A DNA stretch of 64,000 nt from Alphaproteobacteria bacterium (GCA_031549365.1 JAVBPX010000001.1:64001-128000), one strand, 5' to 3'; positions 1-11,035 are shown, counted from the first letter of the stretch. Notes: generated from the letters alone by a model not told the origin. Numbers and translations: made by a program.

Positions 1-45
1 ATATACACAACGGACTTTCGCCAAATCTTTGTATATACAAATGTG

Positions 46-74
46 TTGACAGCTGTATTGTCTTTGATTATAGT
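46..74 (+). promoter_or_regulatory. sigma70-type promoter
   Basis: TTGACA (46-51), 17-nt spacer, TATAGT (69-74). Confidence 0.6.
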
Positions 75-102
75 GTGCTTCTGTTCGGAAATAATTGGAA
101 TC

Positions 103-321
103 ATGCAAAATATATTAAAACAAATCTTTATGATGAATATCAAAACGGTTTTAACCGATTACGCAGCGATGCGCGCCTTTCAAAAAAATGATACTGTTGT
201 AAATATGCGTATGAATTCAAAATTGGTGGATAAAATCAAAGCCCTGGCCGCAGAACAAGGCGTGCCATACCAAACATTAATTGCCGCCACATTAAATAAA
301 ATCACCGAAGAAGACAAATAA
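103..321 (+). CDS. CopG/BrnA-like ribbon-helix-helix antitoxin-type protein (start uncertain; ORF track start at 43 overlaps the promoter)
   Basis: VNMRMNSKLVDKIKALAAEQGVPYQTLI matches the RHH antitoxin pattern (I.iR......iK..A...G.pYQtlI). Confidence 0.6.
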   Translation: MQNILKQIFMMNIKTVLTDYAAMRAFQKNDTVVNMRMNSKLVDKIKALAAEQGVPYQTLIAATLNKITEEDK

Positions 322-371
322 AAATATCCCCCTCCGCCCGCGTCGTATAAAAGCGCAATCTTTTTTAAAGT

Positions 372-453
372 TGTCATTGCGAGGAGCTATGGCTCCGCGG
401 CAATCATTGCAATTGAAATCTCATCCGGGAAAATCAAAGATTTTCTCCGGATG
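372..453. repeat. Composite REP/RPE-like palindromic element
   Basis: TGTCATTGCGAGGAGC...GCGGCAATC followed by hairpin CATCCGGGAAAATCAAAGATTTTCTCCGGATG (422-453); related copies at 49008-49039 and 60578-60642. Confidence 0.7.
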
Positions 454-528
454 TAACATCAATCAAAATTTACTTTGTCTTCGCTTGCTCGCCAGAATGG
501 ACACGCTATTTCGCGAAAAACAACATTA

Positions 529-1023
529 TTAATCTTGTTTTTCGCTACACCACGGTTGCCGTTTACCACCATTATACGAACGGGCGTGACCTTCGCGCAC
601 CATAACATCACCGATATCAATATCACCATCATAAACGTATGCGTCAATCCGACCCAAATATTTATCATCTTTGATTTTTTGCAATCTTATGATTTTGCCC
701 TTGGGCAATAATTCTTTTAAACGATTTTTTGATGCCAATGCTGCAACCGCCTCGGCATCACAACGTGCATCCATTTCCGGGGCATCAATTTGCATAATAC
801 GAACACGAACTGAAATTTCTGTACCGCTGGCCAATAAAACCTCGGCCGCAAATGTATCACCATCCACAACATATCCAACACGCGCTTGTTCCGGGGTTGA
901 AATTTCGTTCTTTTTTTGTTTTATTGGTTTTTCGGACGCCGCCAAAACGGTTCCGATAACAATTGATACCAGAATCACGATTGTTTTTATTAATTTCTTT
1001 TCTATGGCAATCTTGGTGACCAT
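529..1023 (-). CDS. Thermonuclease (SNase family), N-terminal membrane anchor or signal
   Basis: VVDGDT, VRIMQIDAPE, DKYLGR and MVREGHAR motifs. Confidence 0.9.
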   Translation of the reverse strand: MVTKIAIEKKLIKTIVILVSIVIGTVLAASEKPIKQKKNEISTPEQARVGYVVDGDTFAAEVLLASGTEISVRVRIMQIDAPEMDARCDAEAVAALASKNRLKELLPKGKIIRLQKIKDDKYLGRIDAYVYDGDIDIGDVMVREGHARSYNGGKRQPWCSEKQD

Positions 1024-2351
1024 GCTGGATCCGTTGCATACCCTGGCGTTTTTAATTCATATGAATTTTGACCTGTAATATCGACCGACATTAATTTTGA
1101 AATACGCTCTTTGTCGTCGACACCTTTCTCGGTTTCAGTATAAATAACGCGACGGCCATTTGGCGCCCATGATGGCGATTCCATAAACCAACCGGTTGAT
1201 AAAATACGTTCGCCCTTACCCTCTGGCGTCATAATCCCAATTGAAAAAGTATCATTTGCGATTTTGGTAAAGGCTATAAAATCCCCACGTGGCGACCAAG
1301 CAGGCGTTGCATAACGACCATTACCAAATGTTAATCTGTGTTCTTTTAATGTATCCAAATCCATAATGTGTAATTGTTGCGATCCAGAACGATTTGAATT
1401 AAAAGCCATTTGTTTACCATCCGGAGAATATGCAGGCGAAGTATTAATACCATCCCCAAACGTCAATTGACGCAAAGCGCGGGACGATAAATCCAATTCA
1501 TATAAATTGGTTGCGCCATTATCAACCATTGAAAAAGCAACTTTTTTCCCGTCTGGCGAAAAACGTGGAGAAAATGTCATTTCTGCAAATTTACCCAAAC
1601 GCGATTGCGCCCCGTTCACCATATCCAACGTCCAAACATGTGGATCGTCACCCCGGAATGACAAAAAAGTTATCGCATGCATACTGGGCGACCAATGCGG
1701 CGACATCACAAATACTTCGGGTCCGGACATATAACGAAAACCATAACCATCACTGTCCATAATTGCCAAACGTTTTATACGTTTATCCATTGGACCAGAT
1801 TCTGAAATAAATACGATTTGGGTATCGAAATAACCGGCCTCGCCCGTTAACCTTTCATATACGGCATCGGCCATAATATGCGCCAACCGACGCACTGTTT
1901 TTTTGGAAGCAACCAACGATTGAGCCTCGATTTGTTCCCCCGACGTAACATCCCAAACATAAAATTGCAATCTAACTTTGTCTTTACCAACGGCTGAAAC
2001 CTGGCCCTGAATCAAAGCATTAGCATTCAGCGCCCGCCAATCAACAAAGGTTGGCATGGTTCCGAATGGAACCTTTTCTGGAAATGCTTCCTTATCAATT
2101 AAATGAAATAATCCTGTTGATTTTAAATCATTTTCAATCACAGACGTTAATTCTGCCGCCGTTTTCTTCAAAGATGAATCTTTTGCCTCGAACGGCAATA
2201 TAGCAATCGGCAATGGCTTGGCATTCCCCGCTACAATATCCACATTCAATTCAGCGCGCGCCCCGGCCACAAAAACCAAGGACAAAAATATAAATAAATA
2301 TCGTTTTATCATCATGACCGAAATAATAACCGAATCGGCACAAAAAAGCAA
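1002..2351 (-). CDS. tolB: Tol-Pal system beta-propeller protein TolB
   Basis: Signal peptide, PIAI, RRLAHIMADAVYERLTGEAGYFDTQI, repeated SP.WSPDG (PD40) units. Confidence 0.95.
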   Translation of the reverse strand: MLFCADSVIISVMMIKRYLFIFLSLVFVAGARAELNVDIVAGNAKPLPIAILPFEAKDSSLKKTAAELTSVIENDLKSTGLFHLIDKEAFPEKVPFGTMPTFVDWRALNANALIQGQVSAVGKDKVRLQFYVWDVTSGEQIEAQSLVASKKTVRRLAHIMADAVYERLTGEAGYFDTQIVFISESGPMDKRIKRLAIMDSDGYGFRYMSGPEVFVMSPHWSPSMHAITFLSFRGDDPHVWTLDMVNGAQSRLGKFAEMTFSPRFSPDGKKVAFSMVDNGATNLYELDLSSRALRQLTFGDGINTSPAYSPDGKQMAFNSNRSGSQQLHIMDLDTLKEHRLTFGNGRYATPAWSPRGDFIAFTKIANDTFSIGIMTPEGKGERILSTGWFMESPSWAPNGRRVIYTETEKGVDDKERISKLMSVDITGQNSYELKTPGYATDPAWSPRLP

Positions 2352-2393
2352 AATATTTCTTTATTTCTGGATTTATTTACATATAATATAGGT

Positions 2394-3383
2394 ATGACAA
2401 AAATAACAGAACCTTTAATCGTATCATCCAACGACGATGGCATTCGTTTGAACCGTTGGATTCATCGTAATTTTCCGACATTGCCAACACCAATGTTCCA
2501 TAAATTGTGCCGCACTGGACAAATCCGCGTAAACGGCAAACGCGTCAGCGGAAATGAAAAACTATCAACAAATGATGCTGTGCGCATTCCGCCACAATTG
2601 TCCCACTTGCCGGACAAACCATTATCGACCGAGGATGGAACCCGTTTTTCCCTGACCGATTTGGAAATGTTACGCAAATGCATTGTTCATAATGATGCCG
2701 ATTTGGTTATCTTTGACAAACCTGCGGGACTGGCTGTCCAGGGAGGATCTGGGATCAAAAAATCTTTGGATAAAATGGCCGCGGCATTGTTCCCACACGA
2801 TTCCATATTAATGGTACACCGCTTGGATCGTGAAACATCCGGCTTAATAATGTGCGCTAAAAATTTAAAAACAGCCCAGGCATTGGCCAAAACATTTCAT
2901 GACCGCGAAACGCACAAGGAATATTTGGCATTGTTATTGGGCGATGTAAAACCATCAGCCGGCACAATAAAAACCATGATGGCCCGCGGACGCGTAATTG
3001 CCAATGCGGATGCAAAAAAATACGAACGCGAAACTGGCCAAACACCAAAGGCTGCAATCACAAATTACCAAGTATTGGATAAATTGCCAAACATGTTGTC
3101 ATTTGTATCGTTTGAACCAGAAACCGGACGCACACATCAATTGCGTTTGCATTCGGCATATTCGTTACGCGCCCCAATTATTGGCGATAATTTATACCGA
3201 GGGGATAAAAAAACAACCCTGCCCGAAACTTTAATTCCTCTGCTAAATTCAAAAAATCTATTTTTGTTATCGTATCGTTTAACATTTAAACACCCGACGA
3301 CTGGCAAAACAACCACCGCTACTGCGTCCATTCCCGATTTTATGAAACCAGTATTGGAATTTTTGGAATTCAAACAACCATAA
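2394..3383 (+). CDS. rluC: RluA/RluC-family 23S rRNA pseudouridine synthase with S4 domain
   Basis: KPAGLAVQGG, VHRLDRETSG, TGRTHQLR, PIIGD motifs. Confidence 0.85.
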   Translation: MTKITEPLIVSSNDDGIRLNRWIHRNFPTLPTPMFHKLCRTGQIRVNGKRVSGNEKLSTNDAVRIPPQLSHLPDKPLSTEDGTRFSLTDLEMLRKCIVHNDADLVIFDKPAGLAVQGGSGIKKSLDKMAAALFPHDSILMVHRLDRETSGLIMCAKNLKTAQALAKTFHDRETHKEYLALLLGDVKPSAGTIKTMMARGRVIANADAKKYERETGQTPKAAITNYQVLDKLPNMLSFVSFEPETGRTHQLRLHSAYSLRAPIIGDNLYRGDKKTTLPETLIPLLNSKNLFLLSYRLTFKHPTTGKTTTATASIPDFMKPVLEFLEFKQP

Positions 3384-3393
3384 TGGAAAACAA

Positions 3394-5550
3394 ATGCCAG
3401 AAAAACTGAGCACTATTCGTCGCAGACTTCGAATACTCCGATATACGTTACGCTTTTTCTTTCTGGCGTTGAGCATTATTTTAATATCAATTGTTATTGC
3501 TCTGTCGCAATTGGATTTGGAAAATTTTCGCGATGAACTTGTAGCTCAAACAAAAAATCAAACAGGATTAAATGTTCAAATTGACGGCACAGTATCATGG
3601 CGATTATCATTGCGTCCGAAAATTATTTTAAATGATATTAAAATTGCAAACGCAGATTGGGCAAAAAATAAAAACGGGTTAACTGCTGATCAATTGATTG
3701 TTACATTAAATTTGTTTTCATTGTTTACTTCCAGTCCATCTGTCGAAGAATTACAATTAATTTCTACAAAACTATTTCTAGAAATGGATAAATCTGGAAA
3801 ATATTCCATGGAAATCACAACCCAAAAAGATTCAAAAACCGAAGAAAAAATTGAACATCCACGCTATCCTTTGGATCCATTATCTGAAATCCGTTATTTA
3901 TATTTGGACCGTCCCGAAATTACATATATAACGCCGGATAAAAAGTGGTCATTCAAACCAACGACTGTACGAATCAGTCATGCTGAAAATCGATCCAACA
4001 TGGAATACAAGGGTTACTTGATGTACAACCAAGAATTATACCCATTCCACATTGTTATGGAAAAACTGGATCGCGACCGTGGTGTTTATCCGTTACGTAT
4101 CCAGCTTGATAATTCCGACATAAATTTCGTCGCACATTTGGCGTTGGAAAAAACCAGCTTGATGCCTATTGATTTTAATATTACTGGGGAATTGGATCGC
4201 ATTGAAATACATTTGGGCTATTTGGGGATAAACGGAATACCGGATATAACACCATTAAAATTCAGCATGAATGCCGGATTGGATCATAATAAATTAACAA
4301 TAAATAAATTAAAAATTACCGGTTATAAAAACGATGTTAATGCAAAATTAATTTATGACTGGTCGAAAAAGAAACCAACGCTATCTGGATCAATAACTTC
4401 TAATTCTATTGATTTGGGATTATTATTTCCAAAATTATACGGACATCCGGATCCTGAAAAACCATCGCCAGACCGCCCATTAAACGTATTTATGGATACG
4501 CCGATATATCCTGAATTATTGGCATTGATGGATGCAAATATTTCTGCGGATGTAAAAAATTTACGCATATACCGTTTAATGGATGTAAAAAACATAAAAA
4601 CAAACATATCGCTGGAAAATAATAATTTAAAATTAATCGCACAGTCCGATTTTGCTTCCGGATCATTAATGGCCGCGGTTAACGGATCATTAAACCGTGA
4701 TGGCAAAAGTTTATCTGCATCGGCATCCGGAATTGGCACACATATAATGGCCGGCGAAATTTTGGCATCAATCCATCATGCTGATGTTTTATCTGGAATG
4801 CCTGGTGATTTTCAATTTTATTTCACCGCCAACGGTCACGATTTATCATCATTAATGTCATCCGTTACTGGATCGATTCGAATTTATTCAACTGATCGTG
4901 GCATCGCGCATGACGCATCATTTTTATTCATGGGTCAGGATTTTTTAACATCCGTCCAAAAAAACGTCAAAGATATATTTGTTGATTCAAAAAATAAAAA
5001 TGATGTTCGCGTCCAATGTAGTGCGATTAATTTAAAAATTCGAAATGGATATGTTGAAACAAAACGCGGTATTGCGGTCGAAAGTAATTTGGTTAATATC
5101 CTGGGCGAAGGATATGTTGATTTGGGTCGTGAAAAATTACAGGCCGCTATGGTTACCACCCCCAGCAAGGGCTTAAAACTCAGCCTGTCTGGTCAAATCG
5201 TTGATATGATGGAGGTCAAAGGCAGCATCGCCGAACCAACAATATCCGTAAATCAATCCGGCATATTAAACAAAACATTAACATCAACTGCGGCTGGATT
5301 GGCACTGGTGCCATTGACTGGTGGGATCAGTATTGCTGCCACTGCGGGATTGGGATTGGTTGCTGGGACATTTTTATCATCGTGGTTAACGGACGAACAT
5401 CCATGCCAAACGGCATTGCAATCCGGCGCACCATCGCATGACGATGATCCGGAATTTATGTATCGTCCGGTTGATGATTTGGCCCATGAATTTTTCATCA
5501 ATACCCAAAACCAAATCAAAGACAGATTTTCCAAAAACAAAAAAATCTAA
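3394..5550 (+). CDS. AsmA-family (lipid-transfer bridge-like) protein
   Basis: N-terminal TM then TGLNVQIDGTVSWRLSLRPKI...IANADWA; C-terminal GEGYVDLGRE, GSIAEP. Confidence 0.8.
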   Translation: MPEKLSTIRRRLRILRYTLRFFFLALSIILISIVIALSQLDLENFRDELVAQTKNQTGLNVQIDGTVSWRLSLRPKIILNDIKIANADWAKNKNGLTADQLIVTLNLFSLFTSSPSVEELQLISTKLFLEMDKSGKYSMEITTQKDSKTEEKIEHPRYPLDPLSEIRYLYLDRPEITYITPDKKWSFKPTTVRISHAENRSNMEYKGYLMYNQELYPFHIVMEKLDRDRGVYPLRIQLDNSDINFVAHLALEKTSLMPIDFNITGELDRIEIHLGYLGINGIPDITPLKFSMNAGLDHNKLTINKLKITGYKNDVNAKLIYDWSKKKPTLSGSITSNSIDLGLLFPKLYGHPDPEKPSPDRPLNVFMDTPIYPELLALMDANISADVKNLRIYRLMDVKNIKTNISLENNNLKLIAQSDFASGSLMAAVNGSLNRDGKSLSASASGIGTHIMAGEILASIHHADVLSGMPGDFQFYFTANGHDLSSLMSSVTGSIRIYSTDRGIAHDASFLFMGQDFLTSVQKNVKDIFVDSKNKNDVRVQCSAINLKIRNGYVETKRGIAVESNLVNILGEGYVDLGREKLQAAMVTTPSKGLKLSLSGQIVDMMEVKGSIAEPTISVNQSGILNKTLTSTAAGLALVPLTGGISIAATAGLGLVAGTFLSSWLTDEHPCQTALQSGAPSHDDDPEFMYRPVDDLAHEFFINTQNQIKDRFSKNKKI

Positions 5551-5567
5551 AAATAAAATCGTATTCA

Positions 5568-5611
5568 TTGTTAATTCATGGGAAATTATAAATTTTCTCC
5601 TGAATTAACAA
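5568..5611. repeat. TTGTTAA-ended palindromic repeat, copy A1
   Basis: TTGTTAATTCA-TGGGAAATTATAAATTTTCTCC-TGAATTAACAA; closely similar to 52419-52461. Confidence 0.75.
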
Positions 5612-5840
5612 ATACAATAATAAACAAACAATATTTAAAATCTAAAACGAATCTTAATATTTGGCCATCCTGATCGTAGCGAGATAATCCAATAAAACAA
5701 ACCACATTGTAACGCAATGTAAATAAAATAATGTCATTACTCGGGATGGATCCAGAAAACAATTAATAATTGTTTTACCATCCGAACAGCAACAGCAATC
5801 TTTGATTGCGTGGTTGCGTCGTAGCAATCTTTGCACTTAA

Positions 5841-5873
5841 ATTAAAACCTCCCCATTTGGGGAGGTTTTTTAA
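5841..5873. terminator. Bidirectional intrinsic terminator between asmA-like gene and aspS
   Basis: AAAACCTCCCCA-TT-TGGGGAGGTTTT flanked by A and T tracts. Confidence 0.75.
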
Positions 5874-5885
5874 TTCAAAATCACA

Positions 5886-7658
5886 CTATCCCTTCTTGCG
5901 AATTTGGATGTGCAATTCACGCAATTGTTGTTCGGAAACTTCAACTGGAGCGCCCAACATTAAATCTTGGCCACGTTGGTTGGTTGGAAATAAAACAACT
6001 TCACGTAAATTTGGTTCACGACATGCCATGCAAACCAAACGATCAATTCCAAATGCACATCCGGCATGTTGCGGCGCACCATATTGGAACGCAGTCCACA
6101 TACCGCCGAATTTTTTGCGAACAACTTCGGCATCGTATCCGGCAATTTCGAATGCTTTGACCATAATTTCTGGTTTATAATTACGCAATCCGCCCGAACA
6201 AATTTCCGCACCGTTTAAAACCATGTCATATTGGAATGCTTTTATTTCCAGTGGGTTTTGGTTTAACAATGCATCCAATCCGCCCTGGGGCATTGAAAAT
6301 GGATTGTGCGAAAATGCGACCTTGCCTGTTTCTTCGTCCAATTCATAGAATGGAAAATCAACAATCCAGCAAAATTTATAATCGTTTTCATCAATCAATT
6401 TTAAATCTTCGCCCAATCTGATTCGGATTTTACCAGCTGCCTTGGCGGCAATGTCTTTTTTCTCGCATACGAAAAATACAGCATCGCCCTTGGCAACTCC
6501 GGTTGTTTTCATAATTGATTCAATTTCTGATTCCGATAATGATTTTGCGATTGGTCCTTTGACCTCGTCCGCGAATGCCAAATATCCCAATCCACGCAAT
6601 CCGATTTCTTTGGCAAATTCGCCCATTTTATCGAACCACGAACGCGCCATACCTCCCGCAGTTGGTGCTGGGATTGCACGAACAACCGAGCCTTCTTTCA
6701 CTGCGTCTGCAAATAATGAAAATGCGGATTTTGCAAACACATCTGATACATCCGAAATGATAATTGGGTTACGCAAATCTGGTTTATCAATACCGTATTT
6801 TTCAATTGCTTCCATATATGGAATGCGTGGAATGTTTGAATCAACCGTACATTTGCCATCTGTGAATATTTTCATCATTTCTGGGATTAATGCTTCACCA
6901 ACTGCAAAAACATCTTCTTGTTCCACAAAAGACATTTCCATATCCAATTGATAAAATTCCAATAAACGATCCGCACGCAAATCTTCGTCACGAAAACAAG
7001 GCGCAATTTGGAAATAACGATCAAATCCAGAAATTTGAATCAATTGTTTATATTGTTGAGGCGCCTGAGGCAAAGCATAAAACATCCCATGATGTAAACG
7101 ACTTGGTACCAAGAAATCGCGAGCACCTTCGGGACTGGATGTTGTTAAAATCGGGGTTTGAAATTCTTGGAATCCCAAATCCCACATTTTATCACGCATC
7201 CATTTAATCATGTGATTGCGTTTTGTAATATTTTTTTGTAGTTTTTCACGACGTAAATCAATGTATCGATATTGAATACGTAAATCTTCTGGAAATTTTT
7301 CGTCGCCAGCAACCTGAATTGGCAAAACCTCTGCCATTGATTGAACGCGGTATTCGCTGACGGAAACTTCAATCTCACCAGTTTTTAATTTTGGATTTAT
7401 AACGGACACATCACGCGCAACAACGTTACCAATAACTGTAATCACAGATTCGTTATGAATTTTTTCCAAATCGCGTAATGCTTCATTTGATAAATCAACA
7501 ACACACTGAGTCATTCCATAATGGTCGCGTAAATCAATAAACAATAATGATCCGTGATCCCGTTTTTTATGCACCCAACCGGATAACGTTACAACCGTTC
7601 CGACCTGCGCCTTGGTCAATTCTCCACAAGTATGGGTTCTGAACTGATTTGCTCTCAT
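5886..7658 (-). CDS. aspS: Aspartate--tRNA(Asp/Asn) ligase, predicted non-discriminating
   Basis: RTHTCG, RDHG (His typical of ND-AspRS), PEGARDF, LPQAPQ, FRDED, GIDRL; ATG 7658 follows SD AAGGTG. Confidence 0.97.
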   Translation of the reverse strand: MRANQFRTHTCGELTKAQVGTVVTLSGWVHKKRDHGSLLFIDLRDHYGMTQCVVDLSNEALRDLEKIHNESVITVIGNVVARDVSVINPKLKTGEIEVSVSEYRVQSMAEVLPIQVAGDEKFPEDLRIQYRYIDLRREKLQKNITKRNHMIKWMRDKMWDLGFQEFQTPILTTSSPEGARDFLVPSRLHHGMFYALPQAPQQYKQLIQISGFDRYFQIAPCFRDEDLRADRLLEFYQLDMEMSFVEQEDVFAVGEALIPEMMKIFTDGKCTVDSNIPRIPYMEAIEKYGIDKPDLRNPIIISDVSDVFAKSAFSLFADAVKEGSVVRAIPAPTAGGMARSWFDKMGEFAKEIGLRGLGYLAFADEVKGPIAKSLSESEIESIMKTTGVAKGDAVFFVCEKKDIAAKAAGKIRIRLGEDLKLIDENDYKFCWIVDFPFYELDEETGKVAFSHNPFSMPQGGLDALLNQNPLEIKAFQYDMVLNGAEICSGGLRNYKPEIMVKAFEIAGYDAEVVRKKFGGMWTAFQYGAPQHAGCAFGIDRLVCMACREPNLREVVLFPTNQRGQDLMLGAPVEVSEQQLRELHIQIRKKG

Positions 7659-7683
7659 ATTTTTCACCTTTTTGCTTTTGATA

Positions 7684-7729
7684 TTTGTTAAAACAAGAAT
7701 AATTATAAATTATTTCCTGTTTTAACAAA
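7684..7729. repeat. TTGTTAA-ended palindromic repeat inside the aspS 5' leader
   Basis: TTTGTTAAAACA-AGAATAATTATAAATTATTTCC-TGTTTTAACAAA. Confidence 0.7.
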
Positions 7730-7800
7730 AACAGAAACAATCACAATGCTTTCAAATTTTGATTTTATGCACCGAATCATTTCTGATTGTTAAATCCTCT

Positions 7801-7944
7801 GCAAGGACGTCTTTCAAACGCGGTGCCACCTTGCTTCGTGCTGGAATACCAACACCTTGATCAAACGTATCGTGTTCAAACGGCGGGTTCTAATCGGATT
7901 AACCTTTCTTCCCGCATGCTCACCGGTGTTTGCCGGGTCAATGC
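7801..7944 (-). ncRNA. T-box riboswitch, ultrashort Stem I (ileS/class II-like architecture), Asn (AAC) specifier
   Basis: Minus strand: K-turn/Stem I GCATTGACCCGG-CAAACA-CCGGTGAGC; Stem II GCGGGAAGAA...TTAGAACCCGC; IIA/B pseudoknot CGT-TTGAAC-ACG...GTTTGA; Stem III GTGTTGG-TATT-CCAGCAC; T-box domain GCAAGG-TGGCACC-GCGTT-TGAAA-GACGT-CCTTGC. Confidence 0.9.
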
Positions 7945-7954
7945 AACTGATCCT

Positions 7955-7983
7955 ATTCTGTTACCAATATTAAAAAAAATCAA
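7955..7983 (-). promoter_or_regulatory. Putative sigma70 promoter of the T-box/aspS transcript
   Basis: TTGATT-17 nt-CAGAAT on - strand, ending about 10 nt before Stem I. Confidence 0.5.
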
Positions 7984-8002
7984 GAAAAATATTTTTATTC
8001 CA

Positions 8003-8033
8003 CAAATAAACCCCGGTTTCCCAGGGTTATTTG
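8003..8033 (-). terminator. Intrinsic terminator of gyrB
   Basis: CAAATAACCCTGG-GAAA-CCGGGGTTTATTTG on - strand just after the gyrB stop. Confidence 0.7.
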
Positions 8034-8040
8034 ACTTGAA

Positions 8041-10482
<2,442 letters not shown>

Positions 10483-10564
10483 TTAAATCATAGCAAAAAA
10501 ATGCCCCGCGGGGCAAGCAAAAAATTATAAAAAAGTTATAAAAAAATGGCGAATTTCCGAGGGT

Positions 10565-10897
10565 TTAAAAAGTCATTATTAAATCCATAACTATCTTTTT
10601 TTGATCCACCGATAATTTAGTAAATTTTTGTACCATTTTTTGAAATTCTATGTCTTTTGAAGTAACGCTGTGTTTTATAAAATAATCCGTTCCAACCTTT
10701 AAAACATCGCATATTTCCAACAGCCTCTGAACAGACAATTGATTAACTGCGGTTTCGTATTTTTGAATTTGTTGGAACGATAATCCTAATTCCTTGGCTA
10801 ATTGCTCCATGCTCATACCGCGTTCCATGCGCAATGCCCGTAATTTCCCCCCAATTTCCGCATTTACATCCAAATTTTCTCTCTTTTTATTGGCCAT
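10565..10897 (-). CDS. XRE-family HTH transcriptional regulator
   Basis: IGGKLRALR...LAKELGLSFQQIQKYE. Confidence 0.9.
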   Translation of the reverse strand: MANKKRENLDVNAEIGGKLRALRMERGMSMEQLAKELGLSFQQIQKYETAVNQLSVQRLLEICDVLKVGTDYFIKHSVTSKDIEFQKMVQKFTKLSVDQKKIVMDLIMTF

Positions 10898-11035
10898 AAC
10901 CCCTTCCCTTTGGTTTTATTTGCTTGCTCTTGTAAAAAGAATTTTATATAGTTTTCTACGTACACTAGAACACATTTATATATAACATAGTTTTATATGT
11001 TGTGTCAACATAAAATTCTATGCGTGGGGTAAATT

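Noticed and set aside
5550-5880. CRISPR array (also considered at 52260-52530 and 60420-60660)
   Set aside because: Repeats are dispersed, heterogeneous and not regularly spaced; no cas genes.
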